Shown piece after piece: positions 1 through 12,585 of a stretch of DNA of 64,000 bases. Both the position numbers and the translations under genes were made by a program. Numbering within the stretch: the first letter of the stretch is position 1; each line of letters opens with the position of its first letter. The stretch comes from Tricharina praecox (Eukaryota). The notes below the pieces were generated by a model, which was not told the DNA's origin, did not search any database, and saw nothing but the letters and a program-made list of their open reading frames with translations. The stretch spans positions 186,001 to 250,000 of the forward strand of contig NW_026250430.1 of the NCBI RefSeq assembly GCF_024521635.1, read 5' to 3'.

Positions 1-1
1 T

Positions 2-955
2 GCGGACCGCTTGATAACCGACTTTGTGTTTAGCTTTGTGAAGCAGAAAAAGAGTGTCCACACCGCGATCCTCTCCAACGATAAGAACCTTTGCTACAGA
101 GCCCTGGTATACAGTAGGTCCACATCTTCACTACGAAACTGGCTTGACACTAACCCCAGGTCAGATGTCTCTGCCGTCTCATTCGCTGGCACTCCTTTGA
201 CTGCCGATGGAGTCATGAAGACCCTTGAATCCAATAAGAAAGATACATCCTCATCCCGTCCACCCGGTATCTGGTCCTCGGTCGAAGATTTCGATAAACC
301 CGTCCCCAAGTTGCCGGAAAACCCTCCTTCCTTTCCTAAAACACCCCCACGGGTCGAAATTACCGGAAAGGGTCTCTACGACTCGCTGTATACCGGGTCA
401 TCTTGTGGAGCGGTTGCGCCGTCTGATGGTAACCGGAGCGGGCATGGGCATGGAAACTTCAATAATTTGCCTAAGGTTCAGGCCGATGTGGGATTGCTCT
501 TGCTCAGGATCGAAGATGATCTCCTAACCAACATTGTTCCATTACTGCATGCGCTCTGGACCTCCTCCAACCTTATTTCTCGGGGTATTCAGGATCCTTC
601 CGGGGCACGGAACCTCGAGAATATTGAAATTTCCCTCTGGCATTGTGTTCAGCCTTTGTTCGATCAGCTGTACCCCGGAAAAACGGAAATTCGTGGACAG
701 GTTAGCAGCAGTGAGCTCTCACGCATCTGGAACGCCTGGGGTTCCTGGTCGGCTCCAGATTTGCAACGTCTACCGTCCGTCAAGCCAACACCTCAAGGTC
801 TCACTCGTTTCATCGAGAGTTGGGAAGTTCTTTGGCGTGGCTTGATTCATTTCGCCCAGGAACCTGAAGATACCAACCGTCGTCTTCTGCTTACTGTTGA
901 GACATGGAAGGCGTTGATTTCGGGGCTTGCTCATAGTTTGGCTGCTTTTAAGTAA
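2..955 (+). CDS. Partial (5'-truncated) ORF, hypothetical protein; probably the last exon of a gene starting left of the window
   Basis: Frame is open from the window edge to TAA at 953-955 (>310 codons). Possible acceptor tttag at 33. C-terminal half looks globular and Trp/Leu-rich. A T-rich 3'UTR-like tract follows. No family recognised. Confidence 0.5.
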   Translation, partial: ADRLITDFVFSFVKQKKSVHTAILSNDKNLCYRALVYSRSTSSLRNWLDTNPRSDVSAVSFAGTPLTADGVMKTLESNKKDTSSSRPPGIWSSVEDFDKPVPKLPENPPSFPKTPPRVEITGKGLYDSLYTGSSCGAVAPSDGNRSGHGHGNFNNLPKVQADVGLLLLRIEDDLLTNIVPLLHALWTSSNLISRGIQDPSGARNLENIEISLWHCVQPLFDQLYPGKTEIRGQVSSSELSRIWNAWGSWSAPDLQRLPSVKPTPQGLTRFIESWEVLWRGLIHFAQEPEDTNRRLLLTVETWKALISGLAHSLAAFK

Positions 956-1698
956 CCGACTAATCATAGCCAGATTTCCTGTGGCTCACTCAGCTTCCCC
1001 TGTTATTCATGCTGTTACAATTCCTCTCTTCCCCTGTGAGATTTCCCCAATATCGATACCCAGTCCCGAATCCAGAATCAACTTACCGTCATGGTCTTGA
1101 GTGCCCCGACGTTGTACAAGTTGTTTCTCCCTTCATTCATCTATTATATTTTCCCCTTCCTACTATTTTCTCTAGTGCTTTGCCTTTTTGGTATACCTGT
1201 TTTCACCCCCTTCTTTTTTATGAGGTTATCCCTCGTTACTTCCCCTTGACGTATCACTTGCGTGTTCGAGTTTATCGCAAGACGGTGTTTGTTTATGTAT
1301 TTATGCGTGTTTCTTTTTCTTTTCTTGCTAGGTTTCTCATTGGATTGGGAACATATGGTGGGCGGTGGCGCTTGTTTGTCTTTGCGTCGAAGTGGAGGAA
1401 ATTGATTTTCTTTGCTTTGGTGATGCTTGCACTTCTGCGTTTGTTGATTTATTTATGTGTATGATGACGAGGCCGGAGGCGGGAGGCGAATTAAGTATGT
1501 TTTTATATTGATATGGGCTCCACGAATGAACCGTTTTGCGGATCGTCAGGTCGCTTTCGGACATCTCATGGCGAGCAGTACTGAATTATCAATCAATCAA
1601 TTGCTTTCCCCATAGGCTTCTTTTTCGCTTATCGGGATAGTTTGTAGGAGTGGTTTTGTGTGGGATTTCTCAATGCGGCTCTGCAGGGCTTGCCCTGT

Positions 1699-1738
1699 TG
1701 TGACTAGTATTTCCTCATGTGAACTAGCTTTTAGCACT
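1699..1738 (+). promoter_or_regulatory. Candidate ribosomal-protein promoter motifs (Homol-D-like TGTGACTA, CATGTGA, TTAGCACT)
   Basis: About 150-190 nt upstream of the RPL34 ATG. Similar motifs occur upstream of RPL23 in this window. Confidence 0.35.
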
Positions 1739-1884
1739 CCACACACAACAATTAGGGACTCCCGCCGCAAATCATACTATCGGAAATTGACGAAGACGAC
1801 CGACCGACCCCCCGACGACCGACGCTCAACGACCCCACGACAAATCCACGAACCTTCGATCGGCGAGAGCACCCGCAGTAAACA

Positions 1885-2519
1885 ATGGCCGACACTAGAC
1901 TTACTTACGTGAGTGTTTTCCCGATATGAGGGGAGAATTTTGGGAAGTGGGAAGAGTTGGATGCTGACAGTATACCTATTTTGTAGAGGCGGAGGAACCC
2001 GTATGCAATCCCACCTACAAACGATGTCGAGCGAACTGGCAACGGGGGGAATGGGAGGGCTGACTGAGGATCGATCGCAGGTACAACACCCGGTCCAACA
2101 AGGTCCGCGTTGTCAAGACCCCCGGTGGAAAGCTTCGGTACCTCCACATCAAGAAGAAGGGTAGCCCGGTGAAGTGCGGTGACTGTGGCATCAAGCTTCC
2201 TGGTGTAAGTTTCACCTATCGGTATCGAACGCGATTGGGGACTTGTTTCTGATGGGTGGATTTCGACATACAGATCCCCGCCCTCCGCCCCCGCGAGTAC
2301 GCCCAGATCTCGAAGCCCAACAAGACCGTCCAGCGTGCCTACGGTGGATCCCGCTGCGCCAACTGTGTCAAGGACCGCGTTGTTCGCGCGTTCTTGATCG
2401 AGGAGCAAAAGATCGTCAAGAAGGTCCGCCTCTACATCCCAGGCGTGTCTCGCGGTCGAGACGAAGTGCTGACCATTTTGCGTGAACAGGTCCTCAAGGA
2501 CTCCGCCAAGAAGCGTTAA
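1885..2519 (+). CDS. RPL34: 60S ribosomal protein eL34 (113 aa)
   Basis: Exons 1885-1908, 1987-2000, 2081-2204, 2274-2423, 2490-2519 join in frame via GT-AG introns: [31 protein letters not shown]...KCGDCG...[39 protein letters not shown]. High-expression codon bias. Confidence 0.97.
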
Positions 2520-5500
2520 ACGCTTTCTTTACTTCCTTCTTGTGCGTTTTTTTGTCAACATAACTGGGAATAAAAGCGGGTTTTCTTGTTCTTGTGGTGT
2601 TGGCCGGGCTGGGAATTGTACAATCGCGCAGGTCGACGGACACGGGTACCGGAATACGAAGCGAATCTTCAGTCAATCTCGTACACGGCAATGGCGTTGT
2701 GCTATAGGGTGGTTTAATGTCTAGACGATGGTGACGAAGATACTCGGTGTTGTCTGCATATGCGTCGTTGCCTTCCAAATCTTTGTGCGTCTAAGGGTGT
2801 GAACGCGTTCCGATTATGTCCGCGAGGGATGACAAAATCTTTGGCCATAAGAATTGCACGTTACGTCTGCCTTGTATTCTCAGCAGATTTGAGGACTGAA
2901 CGCCAAATTCGACTGCCATAATCACCTTGCGCAAAGCTACTTTTCATGTGTAACTTGTTTTCTCTAGCTGTCCCCTGCGCATCCTCCACCAACGCGCAAC
3001 CACAACTCATCCACTTCTCTCCTCCAGTTCCATGTAAGCCGAATTCTGACCGGCCCGATATTGCCGTTTGTTGCGCGCCCGGAGCTGCCGGAATCACTGC
3101 CCTGCATGCACTGAGCCATCCGCTAACCTCCGGAATCTGAAGCTACGATTAGCTCAAGTCGGCCTTGCGCTATGGTTGGTGAAACGCCGAAATGCCGCCC
3201 CAGCGCCGGCCGGCACCGGCGGAATGATGATGAGGCGGGATCATGGTCGTGTTCATGTGTATTATTGATTCTCGGCGGCCGGGGAACTCGACAGCGCTTC
3301 TCGTTTTTGTAATCATTACACAGCTGCTTGGACAGCCGCCAGCGCTTCTCCGCTGGCTACGACGCTGGTCCGTGATCTTCAAGCGAGTGATATATCGTGC
3401 GCTATCTAGGTACTCCCATGACCTGTACCCTCACGCCGAAAACCTCCCCGCTCCTCCTCCTCCTCCTCCTGGTCTGTTCCCACCTACAACAGGCGAGCTC
3501 CAGATCCTACATAACCTTCCCTACCTCCCTCGCTCCCTCCCGCGAGACGATCACGGACAGATGAGTGTGAATCGCTGTCGGCAGCCGCTCGCTGATCACA
3601 ACCAGGTACAACCACGTAAGGAGTTCGACAAGCGGGGTGAAAAAAGCGTTCTATGCAAGGGGGGGTGGGAAACGGGATATTCAAGACTCAAGTCGATGCA
3701 AACCCCGCCGTTCCGTTTCAAAAAACCTTTTGCGCGCGAAAATGGATGGGTGTGCTGTTGGTTATTTGGCGGGACGTTCTGTGCTGCCAAGTTGCTGTGT
3801 GTGTACGGACTCCCTTGCTGGTCCTGTCACTGTGCTACGGGCTCAGAGTCGGGATTCTTTGGCGTTCCTGGGAATGGCGGGGCTCGGTGATGGATCAGGG
3901 CGGTGAGGTATTTCGGGCTTTGGGAAAGACGGCTGGGTGGTTGAGACCACTTGGATAACTAAAAACAAGAGCGTACTCGACACACCGAGGGACAAATGAT
4001 TCGATGGCTCGATGGTTCGACAATACAGATGCGTACAAATGCGAAGGTGATGAAGCACCCGAAGCCAATGGGTACCCCAGAAGAACCCGTGTTGAAATTT
4101 GAAGGCAATAGGTAGAGTAGAGCAATGAATGGACTTTCTCCCCCTCCATTCTGCACTGGTGACTGGTGAAAGCTATTAACCCAACGGTTCCAACCAGGCT
4201 TGCTCTTTTTTGCCATGTCAACTTTCAAGCATGGCGGTGAAGGCAGATGCAACCAACGTTATATGTACAGTGTACTGCACCAAGCTCAGCGGCCATAGCG
4301 GGTATGTTGGCAGGCAGGGGAAAACAACGGACTGCCAGTGGCGGTCTGATTGCTTCCGGCAGATGTCTTTCCCTATATAGTACAGCTTGGTGATGGGACA
4401 TCGCATACCTATGATATCTGCACCCGAAGAAGAGCTCGGGATTCATATCCTTGTATGTAGGAGTGAACTTCGACTACATAGCATCCGGCATGGGTAAGGA
4501 AATTGCCGCACTCGCACACTTCTGAGATGTAGGTAGCTTGCGTACTGCAGGTGGTCTTCAGAGTTTACTGGTGACTTTAGTCGCTGTTAGTGGCCTCAGG
4601 ATGGTGTGGAATGATACTCTTGGTGTCACGGCCTCTAGCTATTGCTCTTATTCTCCTGACCCCGAGAAGTCTCGGAGAAGCCATCATCAAGATGGCCTAC
4701 GATGCTTGGCATATTCTAGACATACAGTTATCAATAATCAAAGCAGGCCCTGGCCGATAACGTCTATGGAAACAACTGACGCCAGCCCTAGTTTCCAGCT
4801 GCTCCTGGGGAACAACCGTCACCTTACATAGCTATGGGGCGGAATCTGTGGTGTGGACGTGAGGAATGAACACTGAACAGCAGCTTCATGCATACCGAAA
4901 CGAAACGAAACATAGCGTTGGCCTATGGCGAGGCAATGCAGTTTGCCGTGGCTAGAATCCATTACGGGAGACCCCTTTGTTGTGGGAGCAAGAGGATTTG
5001 AATGGTGAGGGACGGTCAGTTATGGGCAGTTGGAATGGTTGGGTCGTGCGAATCGAGATGTGAAGATTGGATGCGGTGGCTTGGTCCGTGTGCCCAATCC
5101 GGTCCCCGAATCCCCGCATACCGTACTATACTTGTACCTACTGTCCTACGCCGGTATGTACGACGGTCTCCCGCCTACATACTTAGCAAGAGTGGATGGT
5201 ACCTGGCATTTGACGATGGACCGAACTCGGAATAGGTGCAAGAAAGAAAAAAGCACTTTTGCTCTTTCCATCTGCTGGGCAGGGTCGGTATTTGGGAACC
5301 TGAGTAGAGCTCCGGTATCGAAGCGAATTGGCGCAGTATCGGTGCGGTGTTCTTTGGCCAAATACCAGTTTATGGCAGTATGTTTTCAGTGATGGGGGTT
5401 TTCTTTCATTCCCCTCATCCATTTGCCTAACGGTTGTAATACTAGTACCAAGTACTTCTTTTCATCATGTAGTGCAGTGCCCTATCATGCATAAATGCCA

Positions 5501-8500
5501 GTATTCTCCCAGGAGTTTCATTCTCCAGAGTCAAGACACCAACGGCAACCACCACAGCATCCGGCACATAACTTCACCACCTCAGCCCTTAGTTATGAGC
5601 AATATCTTTCTCCAGGCGTCGCTCTTCACTTTCCACGAGCGTCCCTTCAATCTAAGTTTCTACGCCCATTCTTTGCCATGACACCAGCAAATCGCCAATC
5701 ACCGTCTCGAGAGTCGAGACCTATCAACAAAACCGTTATCTCCGCTCCCGTCAACGGGATATCGTATCAAGAACACCGCTTCCTGGACTTGTGCCACGTT
5801 TCATCCATTCATTCATTATACGGCCGCGCTGATGATTTCCAGTTGCGGTCAGTGCATGCCACCCCCATTTAAAGCATGTGCCCTTCGGCCAACGGAGGGG
5901 CCAATCTTTTATACCTATGGTAGTACCGTTCGCGGAGCCCAATAATTGGAATCGTGGCCATCAGGTTCTAGGTATCAGAAGTTGAAACAGTCGACGATGC
6001 TTGCCAATATTTCAACAGGAATGGAGCTGAGGGCCCAGAAATAGGTGTATGGTGTTCGTGAATCGTGTCTAGCAGTGGATGGGATGGGAGAGCTTGTGTA
6101 CTTGGGGATAGGTAGGGCTCTATGTGTTGGCTTCTCCAATAATTTCGTGCGGGTTTGAAGTTTGAAGTTTGAAGCCAGCCTTTACAAGGTGGTTGAAGTG
6201 TAGGTACGTACTGTACTCTATCACCAGTGGTTTTGGCCGGGTTTCCCCGGTCGGCGGTCGCAGCACCACCACCACTTGTATCTACGCCACAATCGTGACC
6301 GTATCTATATTGGCAAGGACTAGCTGGCCAGGCCGGCGGTGAAGTACCTCAGATCTCTGGAAAGGTATTCGTAACCGAGTGAGATCGTATGTTTCACATA
6401 CTGCCTGTAGGCTGTACGTGTATTCCACAGGCGCGAAACCACCCACCACCCATGCATATCTTATACGAGACTTCTCTCCTCTTCTCTGCAGAAGCCCCTT
6501 CCGTCCTCTACATACATCCTTCGAAGTTCGAAGTTCGCGGTCCGAGCTGAACAGGTTAAAATAGTAAAAAATAAGAGTGCCGTCCTGTCCTGTCCTGTCC
6601 GCTGCCGGTGGTACCTCTCCAATCCTTTCATAGGAAGTATGTGCCCCCTACAGCTGAATTCAACGAGCAAAAGGAGAACTCAGAAGAGTGAATGCCGTAT
6701 GCAAGGGGGAAACGGTGCCGACGATTTGCATAGGTAAATACTTGGATATGTCGAGTACATACAGGAGCAGTGACCCAGTGGATCCTAATGCCGTCATAAA
6801 ACCGACTTTAGACTTTAGACTTTGGAATGTTGGATGGATGGATGGAATCACGGACCGTGCTTTTTCGTTTTTTATCAACACCCTCTCTGTCCGCTGCGAC
6901 CGCCGACAATACTCTGCTTGTCCCACCACCACCACCACCACCACCACCACCACAACAACCAGTATCGAAATCGTCAGAAATTTTCAGCAGGGTAGGGGGG
7001 TGAAATCATAAATGTGAGATGTGGCGGACTTTGGGTTGGATTATGTAGAGTAGGTAGCGTTGTGGGACAGAGGATTAGGCTGTTTGTATGTACTGTACAT
7101 ACCTACACTACGGTACGGTATGTACTCTACTGAGTGATGTCCCCCGGGCCCCAATCAGACGTGCCGTAGGCATGCAAAGTCTGCAGTGCTGTGGGACTTG
7201 AAACAGCTTCAGCGTTTCTGTAGATTGTGAGGTCTGCTTTGATTTCCAACCGCATGGACGCATGCATACCTAGGATCTACATACCCGGTTAGCTGTTAGT
7301 TACTTCAGACCTGAGTGCTTAGCTACGCCTTAAGTAGCCGGAAGAACTTCGACAAGAGGTTACATACCATAGGTTTTTCGTTTCGGGGGACAGAGCAGAA
7401 ACGCTTTTCAGTATTATGAACACGGTGCTATGCAACCGATACAGACGGTGGTGCTGGATGGTCATCGGTGTTGGCTGTAATCGCCTTGGCCAAGGTGTGA
7501 TGACGTTGGGGCCGGCGGATACAGAAGAAACACCGATCCATGCCGCCCGTGCAACCACTCAGTTTCCTAGGTATTCCTCTACATACATTCAACACGAAAC
7601 ATTTGTTCTCCATGTTCACGTCCAATAACTCGACGTTCATGATGATTAGAATAGGTAGTAGCGGTGGACTACCGAATACCGTAGTAGGAATGCTGAGTCG
7701 CAGCGGCTGAAGGCTGAACTCACGGCATCGAGGTAGGTAAGAGGTGTGTATTATGTACCTCCAAGGCTGAGCCCTTTACCGTACTCATGCTGACGACTTT
7801 CCAGAAGCTCGAAGGAAGCCCAGACGTCAGACGTCTACTTACATACCCCCCTTGACTGGTAGTTAAGCCGCGATACCCGAGCTGAGAAGGTAGAGGAGGA
7901 GGAGGCCCCACTGTGGGGGTTTTGGGGCAAAGCCTGATCTAACAGTTAACTACCGACAGTCGAACTTGGAGGCCGCATGGCATGGTGGACATCGTCAGAC
8001 GCGACTATCGACATATAGTTAAACGCAGCGTAAGAAACTCGACAACACATTGCGCCGAGGTTGTAATACCTCTGAAGTTCCCCTTGAAACTGTCGTCCCC
8101 ATCAAGGTTCTACTCCGGGAGTTGGACTGTGGCTGCAGCGTCTATGTACTCTGTGGACGGGACCATGAGCAAACGCATTTCTGCAGTAATGAGGTGCTTG
8201 TGGAGATGGAGGTGCAGGTCGATCTGCTAAAATCGGACAAGGTGGTGAAGAACAGACAGATTATCGAATCCGATGGCCGTAGGGAAATGACGGAAGGCTT
8301 GCCGGGTGGTTTCTTGCAATGTACATTGTAAAGCCGACTGTTGTGCTGTTTCTTCAGTGAGAACTTGTCCACCTTATGGGACCTGGCAGTATAGTATCTT
8401 GGTCCAGGCCGCATCGATATCAGCGTAGACCAGATCTTGCACGATCATTATCGAAGCTTCGATTTTGCGGGATTGGTATCACGGCTGTTGGGTGGGCATA

Positions 8501-9325
8501 TATTTCGAACAAGGTAGATATTGAAGTTCAAGGGAGCGGCCTCATACTGGGACCGTTACACTGTAGAGTACGCTTGCAGTGGGTTAACCTCATACCACTT
8601 GTTCACATGCAGGTATTGATCGGAAGCGGCGCTATTCCTGGAAACCAAGCACTTCCCTCTCATCCAGCTTGGGGGGGTCTAAGGTACCTACAGCGATCAG
8701 CGCCGACCTCTCCGTATACGCAATTCCGCAGAGGAGAACACTCTATAACCGGCCGAAGATCCGTGAGGACTGGACGAAGACTCCTATCACACGCACCCCT
8801 GAGCGGTCGGCAGTAACTAGTTCTCTATGGTATTCGTATGCACAGTGGAATTCAGGAGGGGTTGGAACAAGCACACTCCCCTTCCCTGCCCTGTGGCCGA
8901 GGAGACGGGCAACTGCGACTGGGGTGTCACGAAATCGAGCTCGCTGACTTGACGGACCGCCTCCTGCCCTCCACTCCCTGTGGCGGAACCATATTATTTG
9001 ATCTCTCTCTGCTCACGCACGCCCTCTGCTGTCAGCCGAGACCCTCTTGCATACATACAGAACCCTTCTCATATCCAACTTGACGTTTGTATTTCCGACC
9101 CGCCTTGATTCTTCATATCTATCGCCACCACCACCACTACCACCATCATCACCATCACCACCGCCACCACCGTGTCGCCGGAAGTTCACGACCATAAGAA
9201 ACAACAGATCACAAGGGGCGCTCCTCTCCATTCAGATATAATCTCTCAGCAAACTACTCTTCCGCTATATACCATCACCACCTCCACCATCTATAGGAGC
9301 CCACGATCTCAAGCTCTATGCCAAC

Positions 9326-12300
9326 ATGACCTTATCCGACTCTCCCATTCGACGGAAACCCGTCGCTCCTCCGTCGCCGACAGGAGCCGACAATAAGGAA
9401 GAGCCGACTTGGGACGCCAACTACAACGAGAAGCCAATAGTACTGAATCGCAAGGGGAAGGGAAAAGAGAAAGCAACAGTTTCGGCGTTTGATCGGTTGC
9501 CTCGGGAGATAATTCAAGAGTATGTTTTAGCGCGCGCGCTCGCGCAAAGTTGCCTGAAGGTGCCGGACTGACTGACGGAAAAAACAGGATTCTTTACACG
9601 GCAGATCCGAATACCTTCGATTCGCTGACGCTGATCAACTCGAAGTGGCATCACGCTTCGCGGAATGTGCTGCTCTACACGCACCAGCTAGCGCGATGTG
9701 GGATCACGAACGTGCCCGAAGCTAAAGGCAAAGGTGGTGACGACGATAGCAACGACGAGACTCTTCAGAACTTGATCCGTCTCTTCAACGAGGTCGGCCG
9801 GCGCGAGCTGTTCGAGACGGTGTTGCGCCCTAGCGTAACCGAAATTCAGCTCATCTACTCGGCATCGTCATCAGCCGCGGCATGTCCTGGGGGTGAAGCG
9901 TTCCGTTTCGAGTTTTCGCCGAAGGGAACGCAGCTACTTGCGCTGCTTTCGAGTCGTATCTTCGTTGTCGATCTGTCGCAGCGGGAGATTAAGGTCGGTC
10001 GCGAACTTAAAATATCCAGGAGGCCTGTGTCAGCTGCGATCTTGGATGACGGGAGTATCCTTGCTGTGCTGAGCTCGAATCAAAACGTCACCCTGTACGA
10101 CCTCACCAAGCCAACCGCAAAGATCATCAAGAGCTTCCCGCTGGATAACGAGCCAAGGACGATCGCGTTGTCGCCGGGCGCGGAGGTGCTGGGCGCGGCG
10201 TTTGCGGGTGGGATCGAGGTGTACTCGCTGCACCCCGATGCGGGTCCTAACGATCGTCGGGCGGTGAACTGTGACACCGTTGACACGCTGGCATTCTCGC
10301 CGGATGGCACGATATTGCTCGGTACTACGTTGAACCCGAAGAATCCGACGACTGTTATTGTGTCTGCGCAACACTTTTCGACGGATATGCCGGTGGAAGG
10401 GTTGGCGCAGCTGTGGACCACGCAGGTTCTCTTCCCACGCAGCTCGAGGGATAGTTCGCATGCGAGTTTGTTGCCGGGCGATGAGGACGAAGAGGGCGCC
10501 ACTTGGACTTTCACCTACGACCGCGTGTACGAGACGTTCCGCGCGGTCAGGGTAGACGACTTGAGGAACGGTCATTCGTACTTTGCTGGGCCGAATAATG
10601 CTAACCGGAGTGTCATACCCCCGGCGACATTGCCTTCTTCGACAAAGGATGGAAGTTTGGTTGCAGCTGGTTTCGAAGGCGGGCGGGTCTGGGTCTTTGG
10701 TATTCCGGAAAAACTTGATCTCCCTGCCGACTACATGTACAACGACTTCAACGGTGGAAGCGCAGTCAGCACTCCGGAGAGGAGCAACAGCACTGCGAGT
10801 AGGAGCGGTACCAGGGAACGAGTGCGTTCCATCGTCGTGCCGCAGTGGCAAGTGCTCTGCGACAAGATGCGGAACGTGTTTATCCGCGGACGCGAGGTTG
10901 GACAGGTCAACGGGTTATCGGGTGTCAAGTTCGTCATGAGCGTCGACGGGTCCGAGCGATTGGTTGCTGTCGCAGGTGGAGGAGTGGACGATGCGATGGG
11001 AGAGTGCAGTGAGGAGGAGTTCTTCGCTATTGGGGGTGGCAGGGTCACAGTCTACGATTTCACTCGGGGTCCCAGAGTCGGCTCGAAGGTGGTGATTCCC
11101 ATCGAGGTTGGAGATGGTGTGCAGGGTCCGGTCGAAACATTGGTGGAGGAGCAAAGGGATCTCGAGGTGGAAGTCGACATCGTCCGGAGACGTACCGTTG
11201 CCAACCGAAGGAATGCAGCGTCGAGGCAGAATTCGTTCCCAACAGACGCACCCCCTGTTCCGACGACGAGGAGGCAAGCTCCGGGCTCAAGTGGAGGTAC
11301 CAGTACGAGGACCAGGCCCGTCAGCCCACTTGCCCGCGCCTCCGTAGCTGCAGATGATACCGATGAGGCTATCGATGTTCCATACGTTCAGGGTGCTCCG
11401 CGATCCAGGAATGTGCTGCAGCGTGCTGCCACCGTCGCCCGCAGAACACCACAAACTGCAGACGACAGCAGGTACGCGCGTGCGGTAGGCCCTGACGGCC
11501 GGCCAAGTCCAGTTGTCCGTCAGCGCGCCCCACCAGACGAGAGATGGGATCCCCCGCCACCACCTTACACTCCCAGGAACCACAACCCGGCCCCGCTACC
11601 TCCGCAGCTGCTTTGGAGTCTTCAAGGCCCACCACGACACCCAGAAGTTCACATGCCTGCGCCGCCGGAGTCGCCACCACAGCAGCAAGGCGCTTTCCCG
11701 TTGGTTCCGCCGCAGGCGGAAGGACTCGAGAGAGCTAGGACTACCATTGGGGGTATCGTGCGGCGCGGCAGTCTCTTCAGGCTTGCAACTGGTAGCAGCA
11801 GCAACATCTTAGCTTCCCATTCTGCGCCCGTTTCTCCAGCCGTCGAAGGAATGCCAGCCCCGAACCTTCCGCAGCAGCACCACCACAACCTACCATTTCT
11901 CGGTATTCCAGGAAACCAAGGTCCCCAACCGCCTCGACAGCACCGTAGCGTCTCGGACCAGCGCACCACACGGTACGACATCCCACCGGTCCCCATGATT
12001 CCACAAGAACACTACGCACCCAGCCATCCTGCCGTGCCCCACACTCCCTGGGCCCACTATTCCCCGCAGCAAGCTGTAGAGCACTACGCGCCGGCCTCCC
12101 ACGGGCCACCACGGCGACCCTCCTCCCCTCCCGGCTCCATCCGTTCCCAGCACTTCCCGCAGCAACCGCAACAACCGCAACAACCGCAACAATACCACCA
12201 ACCGCCGCCACCACAAGAATACCTGCACGCCCCCGCCGCGCCGTCCAACCACCGCAGCACGAGCCCCCGCCGCAACCGGAGCACGCGTCGCGGCACAACC

Positions 12301-12585
12301 CTGCGCGAAACCTACGCCACGCCCGAGCAACAAGCGTCGCAGCTCGTTCCGCCGCCAATCCCGAGTCCCCGCACCGTTTCCCCCGGGAACGCAAATAACA
12401 GCGTCATCGTCAGTCGCAGCGGCAGCGTGAGCGTCATGCGGAGGCCCAGCCGCGCAAGCAGGAGTGCGCAGGTCAATGTGCGCGAGGCCAAGAGGAAGCG
12501 CGAGGAGAAGAAGAATAAAAATGGAGCGGGTGGCGGGAAGGGCGCTGGCGGGGGAAAGGATAAGGGTGCTTGTGTTATCATGTAG
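9326..12585 (+). CDS. F-box + WD40-like beta-propeller protein with Pro/Gln-rich tail, PY motif and C-terminal CAAX box (1063 aa)
   Basis: Exons 9326-9519 and 9588-12585 (intron gtatgt...ctgac...aacag). Splicing restores the F-box-like FDRLPREIIQEILY...LTLINSKWH. Propeller-type blades FEFSPKG, IALSPGA, LAFSPDG. PPPPPY at 11551-11568. Ends KRKREEKKNK...GACVIM*. Confidence 0.88.

Noticed and set aside
3243..3890. 215-aa plus-strand ORF
   Set aside because: No domain, low-complexity Pro run, and no codon bias like the real genes; treated as non-coding.
7639..7696. ATGATGA...CTGA box C/D snoRNA-like pair (another at 1461-1584)
   Set aside because: No adjacent terminal stem and no rRNA-complementary guide that I could recognise.
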